A stretch of DNA of 64,000 nt from Scyliorhinus canicula (GCF_902713615.1 NW_024055676.1:682877-746876), one strand, 5' to 3'; numbered from the stretch's first letter, positions 12,365 through 24,889 are shown. Numbers and translations are program-made. The notes: generated by a model not told the origin, from the letters alone.

Positions 12365-13328
12365 ATAATGTGTCCAATGTGTCCAAGTTTGCAGATGACA
12401 CTAAGATGAGTGGTAAAGCGAAAAGTGCAGAGGATACTGGAAGTCTGCAGAGGGATTTGGATAGGTTAAGTGAATGGGCTAGGGTCTGGCAGATGGAATA
12501 CAATGTTGACAAATGTGAGGTTATCCATTTTGGTAGGAATAGCAGCAAATGGGATTATTATTTAAACGATAAAACATTAAAGCATGCCGCTGTTCAGAGA
12601 GACTTGGGTGTACTAGTGCATGAGTCACAGAAGGTTGGTTTACAAGTGCAACAGGTGATTAAGAAGGCAAATGGAATTTTGTCCTTCATTGCTAGAGGGA
12701 TGGAGTTTAAGACTAGGGAGGTTATGTTGCAATTGTATAAGGTGTTAGTGCGGCCACACCTGGAGTATTGTGTTCAGTTTTGGTCTCCTTACTTGAGAAA
12801 GGACGTATTGGCGCTGGAGGGTGTGCAGAGGAGATTCACTAGGTTAATCCCAGAGCTGAAGGGGTTGGATTATGAGGAGAGGTTGAGTAGACTGGGACTG
12901 TACTCGTTGGAATTTAGAAGGATGAGGGGGGATGTTATAGAAACATTAAAAATTATGAAGGGAATAGATAGGATAGATGCGGGCAGGTTGTTTCCACTGG
13001 CGGGTGACAGCAGAACTAGGGGACATAGCCTCAAAATAAGGGGAAGTAGATTTAGGACTGAGTTTAGGAGGAACTTCTTCACCCAAAGCGTTGTGAATCT
13101 ATGGAATTCCTTGCCCAGTGAAGCAGTTGAGGCTCCTTCATTACATGTTTTTAAGGTAAAGATAGATAGTTTTTTGAAGAATAAAGGGATTAAGGGTTAT
13201 GGTGTTCGGGCCGGAAAGTGGAGCTGAGTCCACAAAAGATCAGCCATGATCTAATTGAATGGCAGAGCAGGCTCGAGGGGCCAGATGGCCTACTCCTGCT
13301 CCTAGTTCTTATGTTCTTATGTTCTTAT
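12365..13328 (+). mobile_element. CR1 LINE, 5'-truncated, young
   Basis: Open ORF to 13227 includes SKFADDTK and the CR1 C-terminus (...KGYGVRAGKWS). The 3' tail is a TTCTTATG tandem repeat. Confidence 0.92.
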
Positions 13329-13736
13329 AAGAGGGTCATTCAGAAGTCTGGTAATAGCGGGGAAGAATCTGTTTTTGAATCCAGCTTGTATGCCTGCTAT
13401 TGCGGCTGCATTTACTTGTTGTGTTACTTCCTGTAACCGCTAAATCACATCGTTAAGTATTGTTTTCAACATTTCTTTCGCGACATTGTTCAATTACAAA
13501 ATGGTACAAATGCTCCAAACATTTCTTTTCATTCTGTCTAGAATGTATTTAATGTGAATGGAATGGAACAGAACTTTCCCAATGCAGCACTATTACTTTC
13601 GGCTTTATACTTATTTCAATATTTTCAAATGAGAACAATCTGCAGGTTTATCTCCCAATCTGTACCCAGTTCCATTCACAGTGTCACACTGCGACAGTGA
13701 TTTTGTGCCAGACTCCCTCTGGTTGCTGTCACTGTC

Positions 13737-14077
13737 TCTCAGTCCGCAGTACTACACCGCGCTGTCAGACAGCAACAGTTCCCGGATGTTGAAATTTCCC
13801 TCACTCCTCGAACTGTTCAAAGATGCAGAAAATCGACTCCCCACGCCCACTGCTCTGGAAACACCTCCGTAATTAGGAATGTAGATCAAGAATATGGGGG
13901 CTTCGTCCCGGTCCTGACGGTACAATTGCAAATAATATGTACCAGCTGTGGTCGAATAGCTGAAATCAATAGTAATCAGGATCTGCAGTGGACGATTTGC
14001 CCCTTCACATGGGGGTGCTCTGCAATTGTACAGATCATAGTTGTTCGACCTGGAATCTAATTTCCTGCACCACCTGC
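13737..14077 (-). pseudogene. TCR V pseudogene (delta/alpha-type)
   Basis: Minus frame reads ...DFSYSTTAGTYYLQLYRQDRDEAPIFLIY...RFSASLNSSRSEGNFNIRELLLSDSAV*YCGLR, with Cys23>Phe, Trp41>Leu and a TAG. RSS: GACAGTG (13736-13730), 23 nt, ACAAAATCA (13706-13698). The 5' limit is approximate. Confidence 0.85.
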
Positions 14078-14488
14078 ATGTCCCTTATTTCCCCGCATAT
14101 CCCCAAATCCAACATATGTCTCGAAACAACTAAACGACGAACAACCGTCGCTCTCTGTGACACAGAGAGGGCGTGAAAGCGAATGTTAGTCCTGTTCCTG
14201 AGCGTATCTTTGAGACAGGGCACAGATGGATGCTATTTAGTGTTGTCATGACGGTGGCATTTGGAGAGCTGCTCGCAAAGCACAGAAACTACTATAAAAA
14301 GGGATTTAGCAGACAATGATACACGTTCAGCACTACAGAAAGAAATAATTAGGGCTAGCTGCTCTTTATAATATTGCTTTGTTTACATAAATAGTTCACA
14401 ATCCAGGTGAAAGATCTAATTCAGTGAATCGAGGTGAGAGTGCTTTACCGGTTTTTGTACGGGTTGAGAGTCCCTCTGTAACAGTGTG

Positions 14489-14925
14489 GGGCTCAGCGCA
14501 CAGAGATACACGGCAGAGTCAGAGACACGGACCCCGGTGATATTTAAAGGAATCGTTTTCTTATCCTTGTCTAAATCAGCAGAAAACCGGTCAGGGAAAT
14601 CTGAAGACCTTTCTCCCTTCCCCGCGCTATATTTCTTCAGTAGATATCTCGGAGCTTCCCCTGGATACTGGATGGACCAGAAGAGATTCTGGTCAGTATA
14701 TTTTGCTTTGTAACTGCAGTTCAATATTGCTGCTGTCCTTCCTGAACCGGTAATTCAGGCGGCTCCTGGGAAACCGAATCTTGGCCACTGGTTCCTGTAA
14801 CAACATATAGAATGTGTCATAAATATGTGAGTAAATATAACCTATGAAACACAGGAGGAGGATTTGAGCTCAGACTCACCGGGCAGCAAGACCGTTATTA
14901 TCAGTAAAACACACAGGGAGCACAT
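14489..14925 (-). pseudogene. TCR V segment with a single-base frameshift in FR1
   Basis: Leader 14925-14880 (MCSLCVLLIITVLLP-G) with GTGAGT donor. The exon from 14794 reads GTSGQDSVSQEPPELPVQEGQQQY*, and a shifted frame continues LNCSYK...FWSIQYPG...YLCALSP. RSS: CACACTG (14488-14482), 23 nt, ACAAAAACC (14458-14450). Confidence 0.87.
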
Positions 14926-15070
14926 GGTTCCTGATTGAACAGTAAAAAGCGACACTGTTTCAAATATGTTGCTGCTTCTAGTCTCATATCAAAGTGCAAA
15001 CCCAGATCAGTGGCAAAGAGTAAACGCAGATCAATTCTTGGGAAACTGAGGGGTGTTTGTCAGTACTACG

Positions 15071-15152
15071 ATTGGCTGGTCTCTCAGCTCTGACGTCAGC
15101 TGAGGGCCAATCACTGTCAGTTGAGCGTTTATTAGGGCGGGTTCTCTCCAAT
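15071..15152. promoter_or_regulatory. Likely promoter of the V at 14489-14925 (CRE palindrome, CCAAT boxes, GC box)
   Basis: TGACGTCA at 15091-15098, ATTGG at 15071, CCAAT near 15107 and 15148, and GGGCGG near 15135. These lie 150-230 bp upstream of the ATG. Confidence 0.55.
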
Positions 15153-15848
15153 CACATTCCACCCCTGGCTGTGTGTTTGTCTTTCTCGCTCCCTTCCTCA
15201 CATTGCCGTCATTCTGACACTTTCTCGGTTGAAATCGTTTTCCTTCGACATCAACTTTCACATCTTTCCTGAGGTAGATATTTCTCCCCAAAAATGTGAA
15301 AGATAAAATAAATATTTTAAAATCAGCCTTACACACAGATGTTAACGAGGCCATTCAGTGCACGAACATAATTAATAATTACTGTTTTAAAGGTACCCGG
15401 GATAAATAGTCATCCAACTCTACGCCAAGATGCGCTTCCACTGGGGTCTCTTGTACTGGTAAAGTACTCATTTCAGTCAGTCATCACTTGTACCCCAGGA
15501 AATTTAAATGTGATAACTCTGAATTTGATCACTTTTTAAAAGTGCTGCATGGTAGATTGCCACCTGATCAAGAAGTTTCACAAATACAGATTGATGAAAT
15601 GATTCTCCGGGATCGGCAGGTTTATATAAATGGGATCGGGAAATTATGGAATTTGATTCTGGGGTATAATGACCGTCAAATGTCAAATGGCCCAACAGTG
15701 AGAACCATTGACCTCATTCAGGGAAACCCATTCAGATGGAGCTGGATTGCCCCGTTTATTATCTGTACCAATGCAACTCCTTGTGCTTACTTGATACGGA
15801 AATCGTGCCAGTTTGTGTATGAGCCCCGCCGGGCCCTCGTTCACTGTG

Positions 15849-16320
15849 GGTCTCAGCGCGCAATAATACACGGCGCTGTCTGTCATCTTCAAATCTGTCA
15901 GGGACAAGTGAAAAGTGCTTTGTGTCGGGTGGAGTTTCCCGCTGAAACGTTTAAAGCCGGGAGCCGTCTCGTTGAACCCATAACTATCGGCTCTGAGTAG
16001 ATATCGCGGAGCTCGGTGTGGATACTGGCGATACCAGAAGTGGTAATAGCTTGCAGCTGAACTCGATACCGAGTAACTGCAGGGTATGGCTGAATCTTCA
16101 CCCTCTTCTGCGTCGACTCGTTGTTCTTCCTGAGACACCGAGTCTCCCTTACTCATCCCTAAAATGAAAAAGCTGGTTAGAAGGAGAAACGTGAAGCGGA
16201 TGAGCACCCGAAGATGGAAATAAGAACACATTTGGGAATTGGAGGATTCAGTACAGAGGTTCAATATAACCAACCTGTCATCAGGACAATAACCAGAGGC
16301 AGGTAGAGTATCAGCCCCAT
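15849..16320 (-). CDS. TRAV/DV: TCR alpha/delta-type V segment, intact
   Basis: Leader 16320-16275 (MGLILYLPLVIVLMT-G) with a GT donor. V exon 16158-15849 reads DSVSQEE...IPCSYS...WYRQYPH...YYCALRP. RSS: CACAGTG (15848-15842), 23 nt, ACACAAACT (15818-15810). Confidence 0.92.
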
Positions 16321-17269
16321 GGTTCGAATCTGAACTTCAGATACAGAGACAGGTATCACTGACTGGACCAGCCCTGTAATTGGCGGAGATAAAACAATTA
16401 GCGAGATGTTATGAGTTCGAATCCGATTTCTTCGCTCCGCCCACCTTCATGTCTTAAAGCAGCCGCTTCCTCTGGAACGGGTCGGTGATGTTTGATACGT
16501 GATCAGAGAGCGCCCTCCTGTGGACAGCGCAACCGCCTATTGGAAACACACACGGCCACGTGCAACAACATGTACGTAAATATCCATCCAGACATGCACA
16601 GACACTGCAATAAATTCCAACATTCGTTGACATGATTTTTGAGTGCATATTAGTCTGAGTTGCTAATGATGAAAGTAAGTGAATATGTCCATCTCCCAGC
16701 AGCCTCGTTTACAGCACAGAATCAGCACAAACATAGACACAGAGACAGGTAAACACAGTGATCGACCCACAAACTGATCTCTCAAACAGACACACAGACA
16801 ACCATTAAAGTAAATAAGCAGCCAGATTAACACAGCCATAGAAACACAAAGGAGAAATTCCGTCAGAGACACTTTCAAAAACCTTGGACTTGTCCGAGCG
16901 AGCTTTCTGGGATTGAAATCCCTGAGTTTGTGTCAGTGCGGTAATATAATGTTGGATATTCATAGCGATCAACCTGCACATGTTAGCAGCATGAACATCC
17001 CGGAACTTGTTTCCCATTAACCGTGAGGATCGATTTATAAAAGCGATTATCCTTTGTATTACGTTATAAGTTGTATTGAGTTCGGGTTGGTTCACCCAGT
17101 CTCTCCATTAGTCCACCCGTCCGACGGGTTCTTGAAAAAGATAAAATGCTATCAGCTTTAATATTCATTCCATCTGTCTGTCTATCTACGTATCTATCTA
17201 TCGAGCAATCGATTGATATATCCATCTAATATATCGACGCAACCATCAACTTTCTATTAATTTTTCAGT

Positions 17270-17600
17270 CTGCTGTGTGGGTTAACCACAAATAGGAGTG
17301 GTTTCTGGAGATCGGGTCGGGCAGTGAGTAACAGAAGCTCAATCCGCTGATCTTATATTGTATCTGTTCAACCTCCAAATGTGAACTTTTCTGTTCTACT
17401 TTTATTGTCAGACCCAGAACAATGCTTCCACGTTCGTACTTCATACATATTTCTATGGAACGAAAGAGGTTAACATTCGTTTCCTTTTCTTCTGAATACG
17501 CCAAAGAATATCACAATTTTCACATTGAATGGGCTGCAGCTCACCTACAGCGCTGTCTGCTGAGGTCAACACACAAAGACCCCGGGACAACTGGGACCAT
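17270..17600 (-). pseudogene. Possible heavily decayed V relic with internal deletion
   Basis: FR1-like KVEQKSSHLEVEQ, a 3' end resembling family B (ATCTCC...TATTTGTGG...CCACACAG), and a leader-like stretch ending GTAG|GTGAGC near 17545. No nonamer was found and the piece is too short for a full V. Confidence 0.35.
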
Positions 17601-17645
17601 TACCCTGTCTGTGACGTAATTTGAAGAGAGATTCGTTCAAACCTG

Positions 17646-17659
17646 CCACCAGGTGGCGC
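17646..17659 (+). promoter_or_regulatory. CTCF core motif
   Basis: CCACCAGGTGGCGC matches the core consensus CCASYAGRKGGCRS at 14/14 positions. Confidence 0.6.
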
Positions 17660-18089
17660 ACCCCACCGCCTGTCACGTTGCAACAACCAATACTGACTGA
17701 CGCGTTCTCAATGTAACAACTGGTACAATTCAGAGGTAACAATGAATGTTGACTCACAGCTTCTTCGTTCAGAAACTTAGCTCACTGTTATGAGCAATTC
17801 TGCAAACAAAAGTTGCAGAATGTTTTTAATTAACTTGATCGTTGGCGGAATCTAGTTCCCCGTTGGTTTCTGTGAGGGGAATCTTCAGCCAATCAGTGTC
17901 GACTTGCCAACCAATCAGCAGCCTTTCCTGGAGTATTAGTTGTGACGGATTGAAAGTTGTCATTCAGTTGTTTACCCTGAGGTCATTGCACTTTGTCTTT
18001 CGGTGGTTTTCTGTTCCTCTTGCCCCTTTTTACACTTGACAAGGGGCATGGATTAAATACTATCCAGTTGACCCACTTCATGGCCGACT

Positions 18090-18815
18090 ATTATATGAAT
18101 AGTGATAGATTGCAAATGTTGATGTACAAAGGGATCTGGGTGTCCTTGCACTCCTATCACTGAAAACAAGCATGCAGATGCATCAAACAGTTTGGCGGGC
18201 TAGTGGTATGTTGCCCTTAAATGCAATAGGACTTGCGTACAGGAGCAAGGCTGTCTTACAGCAGATATGTAGGGTATTGGTGGGACGTCACCTGGAATAT
18301 TGTGAGCAGATCTAGACTCCCTACCTCAGAACGGAAATGCTTTCCATGGAGGCAGTGCAGTGACTGTTCATCAGAATGATGCCTGGGATGGCACCATTAT
18401 CGTGTGAGGACAGATTGGATGGACAAGGCCTGATTTCACAGGACTTTAGCAGAATGAGAGGCGATCTCGTTGAAGTATAACATTCTGACAGGGTTGTGCA
18501 GCCCGGGTGCAGGGAGGATGTTTCCTCTGGGAGTGGCCAACAAGAGGTCACGGTCTCAGGGGTGAGCCATTTAGGACAGAGATGAGGAGAAAGGTTTCAC
18601 TCAAAGGTTTTGAACATGCAGAATTATCTACGACAGGTGGCTGCAGAGGACAAATTACCGAATATATTTCTGAAGGAAATGAATTAAGTTCTCGACTCTA
18701 AAGACGACAAGGGGTATGGGACAGAGCTGGAGTCTGGTGTCGATATAGAGAATCACCTGATACACTATTGAATGGCGAAGCAGGCTCGAAGGAGCGAATA
18801 CCCGATTCCTGCTCA
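18090..18815 (+). mobile_element. Decayed CR1 LINE 3' portion
   Basis: Degenerate homology to the 12.4-13.3 kb CR1 (CAAAGGGATCTGGGTGTCC...GCAGGCTCGAAGG). Confidence 0.7.
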
Positions 18816-20427
18816 TACTTTATATATTTCTAAGATTCTGGTTTTCTTATATTACGCAGGAACACCACACGTTTTATTTTATGTTCAGCAATTTCTTTAT
18901 TATTCCTGCACCAGATCTCACCCAATGATTTTTTTTACTGCTCCATCAGAGGGTCGGTGATGATTCGATGGTCTGAATGGCCTCCTTCTGCATTAAAAAG
19001 ATTATCTGATTCTATGAGGTTGGAAGACGTTGGGTGGAAATGAAGTTCAAGCGTTAAGATTGGATATTGTGGATCGGAAGTGAATGTGAAACACGTTGCA
19101 GAGCAGTAAATGTTCATTTCCTTTTCAGCAAGTGGAATACTTAATCAGCACTGTAAGTTTCATTAATTTCACGTCAGGTTTAGGTTGTTAGGTCCACTCA
19201 CTTGCACAAATAATCACATTGCAACGTGTGGTTCCCATGGCTCCACATTCCTCCTTTCAAATAAGATAATCAAAAAAATAAATTAACAGCAATTGAGGCA
19301 CTTTGCAATTTCGCTGACCATAACTCAAATTAATCTGCAATTTAAATTTTGGGACCACCAGCGAAGGCTATGAGCTGGTACATCAGTGCTTTGTTGATAA
19401 ATTAAGCCGTGCGACGATGTTTAATTACGTTGCTTGAATTTTCTGATGAATAGCAAAGATGGTTGATCTGAGGATTGCTGTTGATGAACTTCCAAATGCC
19501 ATTTGATAATGTGCTGCAGCGCCACATTCTGAGGTAAAATGGACAGTTGCAAGGTGGACACGAAATTTCCAGTAAACAACTAGCTGTAGGGATCAGCTGT
19601 TTCTCGGAGTGAAGGGACGTTGTGATGAAGTTTCCAGGGATCTATATTGCGGCCTTATATATGACACCTTAATAACCTGGACCTTGTTTGATATGGGAGA
19701 TTTTTAACATCTGCGAATGATACACAATGTGACGGTGTTGCGAACCATCGGTAGGATAATGTACAACTTCAAAACAACAAACACAGGTTGGTGGAATGGG
19801 TGGGTAATTTGCAGATTAAAGTTAGTGCAGTAAAGTTTGAAGTAATTCATATGTCTTGCAGACCGCAGAAAGACAAAAGAAAATAAAGGGAATAATTCAA
19901 AAGGCAATGCAGGATCAGAGGGAGCTTTTACAAAGGGTCATCTGGACTCAAAACGTCACCTCGTTTCTCTCCTTACAGATGCTGCCAGACTTGCTGAGAT
20001 TTTCCAGCATTTTCTCTTTGGTTTCAGATTCCAGCATCCGCAGTAATTTGCTTTTACCAACAAAATGTTTATATGTAGATAAATTACTGATGGGGATAGG
20101 ACAGTTGAGAGCGCGGCCATTAAAACAATTAATAAAGGGAATTATCAATGGGTATATAAAATACAGAGGAATGGACGTTATGTTAAACTTGTATTAAATC
20201 CTGAACCCACTGAACTGAAGCATTGTGGGTATCACACTTACAGGACAATGTGAGTCATTAGGGTGCGTGCAGAAAATGCTCACGGGAATGGCTCCAGTGA
20301 TCAAGTTCACCTGCGAAGATAGATTGGACAAGTTGCGACTATGTCCCTTGACAAGCAGGTTACGACGTGATCTGGCGGAGATATACAAAATCATGAGGGT
20401 CCTCTCCAGAGTAGATATGGAGGAACC

Positions 20428-20757
20428 TCACGGTAGCATGGTGGTTAGCATCAATGCTTCACAGCTCCAGGGTCCCAGGTTCGATTCCCGGCTGGGTCAC
20501 TGTCTGTGTGGAGTCTGCACGTCCTCCCCGTGTGTGCGTGGGTTTCCTCCGGGTGCTCCGGTTTCCTCCCACAGTCCAAAGATGTGCGGGTTAGGTGGAT
20601 TGGCCATGCTAAATTGCCCGTAGTGTAAGGTTAATGGGGGGGATTGTTGGGTTACGGGTATACGGGTTACGTGGGTTTAAGTAGGGTGATCATTGCTCGG
20701 CACAACATCGAGGGCCGAAGGGCCTGTTCTGTGCTGTACTGTTCTATGTTCTATGAA
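20428..20757 (+). mobile_element. HE1/V-SINE-like element nested in a decayed CR1
   Basis: tRNA-like head (GGTTCGATTCCC), V-SINE core and a TTCTATG tandem tail. CR1-like sequence flanks it on both sides. Confidence 0.88.
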
Positions 20758-21689
20758 CCTATACCACTGGCGGAAGGGCCGAGTGCCTGATTGAAGGAAT
20801 TGGGAAAATAAGCAGGAAGACATAAGCTATTCCCGTAACAGCCTCCCCGAACAGGCGCCGGAATGTGGCGACTAGGGGCTTTTCACAGTAACTTCATTGA
20901 AGCCTACTCGTGACAATAAGCGATTTTCATTTCATAAGGATAAAACCTTTCACCCAGTGAGTGGTTAGCATGGACTGGACATTTGTGTAGCGGTGGCAGG
21001 GTCACTTGCTGCTTTCAAAGCGGTTTTGGATTATTATCTCAAAGGGAAAAACAATGCTAGACTGCGGGAAAAGAATGGTATTCAGCAAATCACACCTATA
21101 GATGGTCAACACATCCATATCTGTCCAAACGGCCTTATTCTTCACTGAAAACCCCCCCTGACTGTTTAAAGAGACAGCAGTGTGTTAACTGTAATGTCAC
21201 TGGGCCAGTAATTGAGAGTCCCAGCTTCATTCACGGAGGCGGTGTTCAAATCCTGCTACAGCTGATAGTGTGCTTTAAAAATACAAATAGAGGCCCTATA
21301 ACTTATCAGTTCGTGAGGTTAGTGATTGTCAACAAATGCGGGCCTTGCTAATGAGGCCACATCTCATGAAATATATTTTATAAATCAATAATTGCAATAG
21401 CAACGTTTGGCCAGTTGATGGCAGTGACGCCGTGATTGCTGACATTACATGAAGCAGAGATTGTCTCCATTGTTACTGCCAAGGACCCTCTTCCTATTCA
21501 TATCTAACCAGACACCGTCTCTGATTCTATTACGTTAGGTCAGCTTTCTGATTTTATGACAGCAGGTCTCAGTTGTTACTGTATTCGGCTCAATCCCAGC
21601 TGTTTATATGCTGAAGCAAGGACCACTTTATATTACACTAAGTACATAGGAAGTTAGTATAGCATGGGGTCATATCTCAATTATTATTA

Positions 21690-21977
21690 CAATTATAATC
21701 TTTATTGTCATAAGTAGGCTTACATTAACACTGCAATGAAGTTACTGTGAAAAGCCCCTAGTCGCAACACTCCGGCAGCTGTTCGAGTACACAGGGGGAG
21801 AATTCAGAATACCCAATTAATCTCACAGCACGTCTTTCAGGACCTGTGCGAGGAAACGGAGCACCCGGGGGAAACCCACGCAGATATGGGGAGAACACGC
21901 AGACTCCACGCAGTCATTGACCCCAGCCGGGAATCGAACCTGGGGCCCTGACGCTGCGAAGGAATAGTGCCAACCAA
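21690..21977 (-). mobile_element. V-SINE variant with an alternative 3' tail
   Basis: Same core, but the tail reads ...GGGGCTTTTCACAGTAACTTCATTG...ACAATAAAG. Tail-only copies occur near 12.3, 20.85, 23.35, 44.9, 47.2 and 53.25 kb. Confidence 0.7.
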
Positions 21978-22094
21978 TGTCATAGTCTATGTCTAAATTG
22001 TTACCTCACTAGATTCAATCTCCACGGATACTAAACCAGAACATGTTTCTCTTTGTATTACCTGAGCCACTGTCTCAGTTATTGCTTTACCTGA

Positions 22095-23010
22095 AGCTGC
22101 CACGTTCCTCAGGGTAGTGGTCTGGGACCAACCATATCCAGCTGCTTCATGAATGGCCTTTCGTCCATCACAAGGATAAAAGTGAGCGTGTTTGCAGATG
22201 ACTGCACAATGTTCAACACCTTTTGCGACTCATTAAATGCAGTCCATGTCAGAATGCAACAAGATCTGGACTATATTCAGGCTTGGCAAGTGGCAAGTGC
22301 GGCAATGTCCCGCTCTAACACGAGAAGATCTAACCATCTTCCCTTGACATTCAATGGCATTACCATCACCGTGTCCCCATTATGAATATTCAGGGGGCTG
22401 CTGTTGCCTGGAAACTGAACTGGATTAGCCATATAAATACTGTTGCGATCTGAACAGGTTAAAGGCGAGGAATCCTGCCGCGAGTAACTAACTTCCTGTC
22501 CCCAAAGCCCGTCCAACATCATCAGGGCTCAAGTCAGGAGTGTAATGGAAAACTCTCCACTTGTCTGGATGAGTGCAGCTCCAACAACATTCGAGAAGCA
22601 AGACGCCATCCGGGAGAAAAGAGCCTGCTTGATTGCTAACCCTTCCAAAAACGTTATTTCCCTCCAACCGAAGAATAATGGCAGCTTTCTGTCCCACCTA
22701 AAAGATGCATTAGTGCAACTCAACAAGGTTCCTTCGGCAGCACCTTCCAAACCCATGACCACTGCCACCTGGAAGGACAAAGGCAGCAGATACCTGGGAT
22801 CACCTTCAAGCCACTCACCATCCTGACATGGAAATATACCGCCGTTACGTCACTTTCGCTGGCGCCATTATGCTGGAATTCCCTCCCTAACAGTTCTGTG
22901 GCTGGGCCTATACGTTAGGAACCACAGCGATTTAAGAAGGCAACTCCCCACCACCTTCTGAAGGGCAATTAGAGATGGAAAAGCAATGTTGACCTAACCA
23001 GACACGCTCC
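22095..23010 (+). mobile_element. L2/CR1-clade LINE 3' portion, decayed
   Basis: VFADDCT motif and a RT C-terminus-like peptide. Related copies lie on the minus strand at about 35090-35685, 55630-57060 and 59620-60175. Confidence 0.7.
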
Positions 23011-24889
23011 CATCCCATCAATGAATTGACAATACAGTGCAGAGACAGGGGCTGGTCCAATATAGACAGATATATATGCTAAAGTAGTGATCACATGAAC
23101 TTGTCGTGAGAGTAATAAACATTATTGATATATGGATTAGGTAGGCATAAGAAAGACGGCACCTGATCTAGCATTGGAATAAGCGTGTATTTGTGTGGGC
23201 ATAATCGTAAAAATACTTTGTACAATAATAATTGGAATAGGTCAAAATACTAATACAGTAAACAGCCTGTTAGAACCGACAGGGACAGAGATCTCAGAAA
23301 TGATACTAAGAATAATAATAACCTGTATTATTGTCAAAAGTAGGCTTAAATGAACAGTGCAGTTAAGTTACTGTGAAAATCCCCTAGTCGCAACACAATG
23401 GCGCCTGTTCGGGCACACTGAGGGAGAATTCAGAATGTCCAATTCACCTAACAAACACGTCTTCGGGGACGTTAATAATAATGGGACTAATGATAGAGAA
23501 TCAAAGCATTAAAACCTGAATGGCAGATAGGCTATTAGTTTAACCATCACATAGATAGTGTCTTTGTGTCCACCCTTATTGCATACTTGCTTTAAATGCA
23601 AACAATACAGAGATTGATGCAATTTTAAAATTTGCAACCTGCAGTGCATTATTGAACACATCACTGGCCCCGGTCTGATGATGAAGTACAGCCGATCAAA
23701 GTTAGGTATAAAATAACCATGTGTATGTGTGAGAGAGACAGACAGCGCCTATTGCATTGTCGCCAATGTTTCAGCGCCTATTGATATATCAGATTTTCCC
23801 CCAAATGCTTAATTACAGAATCAAGCACCATTTCAATATGAACTGGATGAAGTTAGTGTAATGGTAAAAAAAACACCCAGAATTGCTGGAATTTCTCTGC
23901 ATGTCAGTCAGAATGTGAGGAGAGAAACAGAGTTCATGTTCCATATCACTGACAGAATATCAGCACCAGGTTCATCCACCTGAAACTCACTGTATTTCTC
24001 TCCGAAAATACGACCCGCCAGAGCAGCACATTTTGTCGAACTTCTGTTTCTGAGCTGTTTGACCTGGGTTCAAATTCCACTCCAGGGTTTGGTGACCATG
24101 GAAGGAGTGTTCGTGCAACTGAAACGGGTTATTGAACAGCTTCCTAAATTATTCACCCTCTCTACACCTTATTGTGAGAGCGGAAATAATATGAATGTAT
24201 GAAAAACAAACGGATTTCCATCCGCTTTCTGACCGGTTGAGACTTTCCAGCACTTTATGTGTTCATTTTAGATTTCTCGTATGTGTGGTGTGTTACCTTT
24301 GTACTAATGTAATGGGAAATGCAAACAGGTTTTGTTGCCATTAATCGTTAGTGATACTCTCACCCCTGACTCTCAATTCTCACGGTGATAGTTTGGATCA
24401 AAATCCTTCTGTTTACTTGTATCCATTATTTTCGTCGACTCAACTGCATTGAGGGGACAAGAAGACCAGAAGAAATAGGCACAAAAGTCGGCCATTCAGC
24501 CCTTCGAGCCCGCTTCACCATTTAATAGATCCACATTCATGGCGAATCGCACACTCATTAAATTCCATGAACCTTTATTCCTTACTGGTTAAAACCTTTC
24601 GATCTCAGCCTTGCAAATGGTCAAGGACTCGGTCTCCACAGCTTCCTGGGGTAACGAATTCACAAGATTCACCACTCTTTCAGAGAACAAAACCTTCCTC
24701 AAATCCGGCTTATTCTGTGTCCCTGCCCTCTGGTCCTACACTATCCCATGAATGGAAACATCCTCCCTATATCTACCCTGTCTACCCGCCTCAGAATCTA
24801 AAGGGTGAAGGACAGAACAACTCTGAACAATCTCTACATCCAGCGAAAGACGGGTTCCTGGGACATCATTCTTTAATTACTTTAAAATA

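Noticed and set aside
16754-16792. CACAGTG followed 23 nt later by AAACAGACA
   Set aside because: Nonamer match is only 5/9, it lies in CA-rich low-complexity DNA, and there is no coding segment. Isolated heptamers at 11152 and 13677 also lack nonamers.
20225-20623. ORFs containing HGSMVVSINASQLQGPRFDSRLGHCLCG (also at 38959, 43095 and 48840)
   Set aside because: Chance translations of the same SINE, not a protein family.
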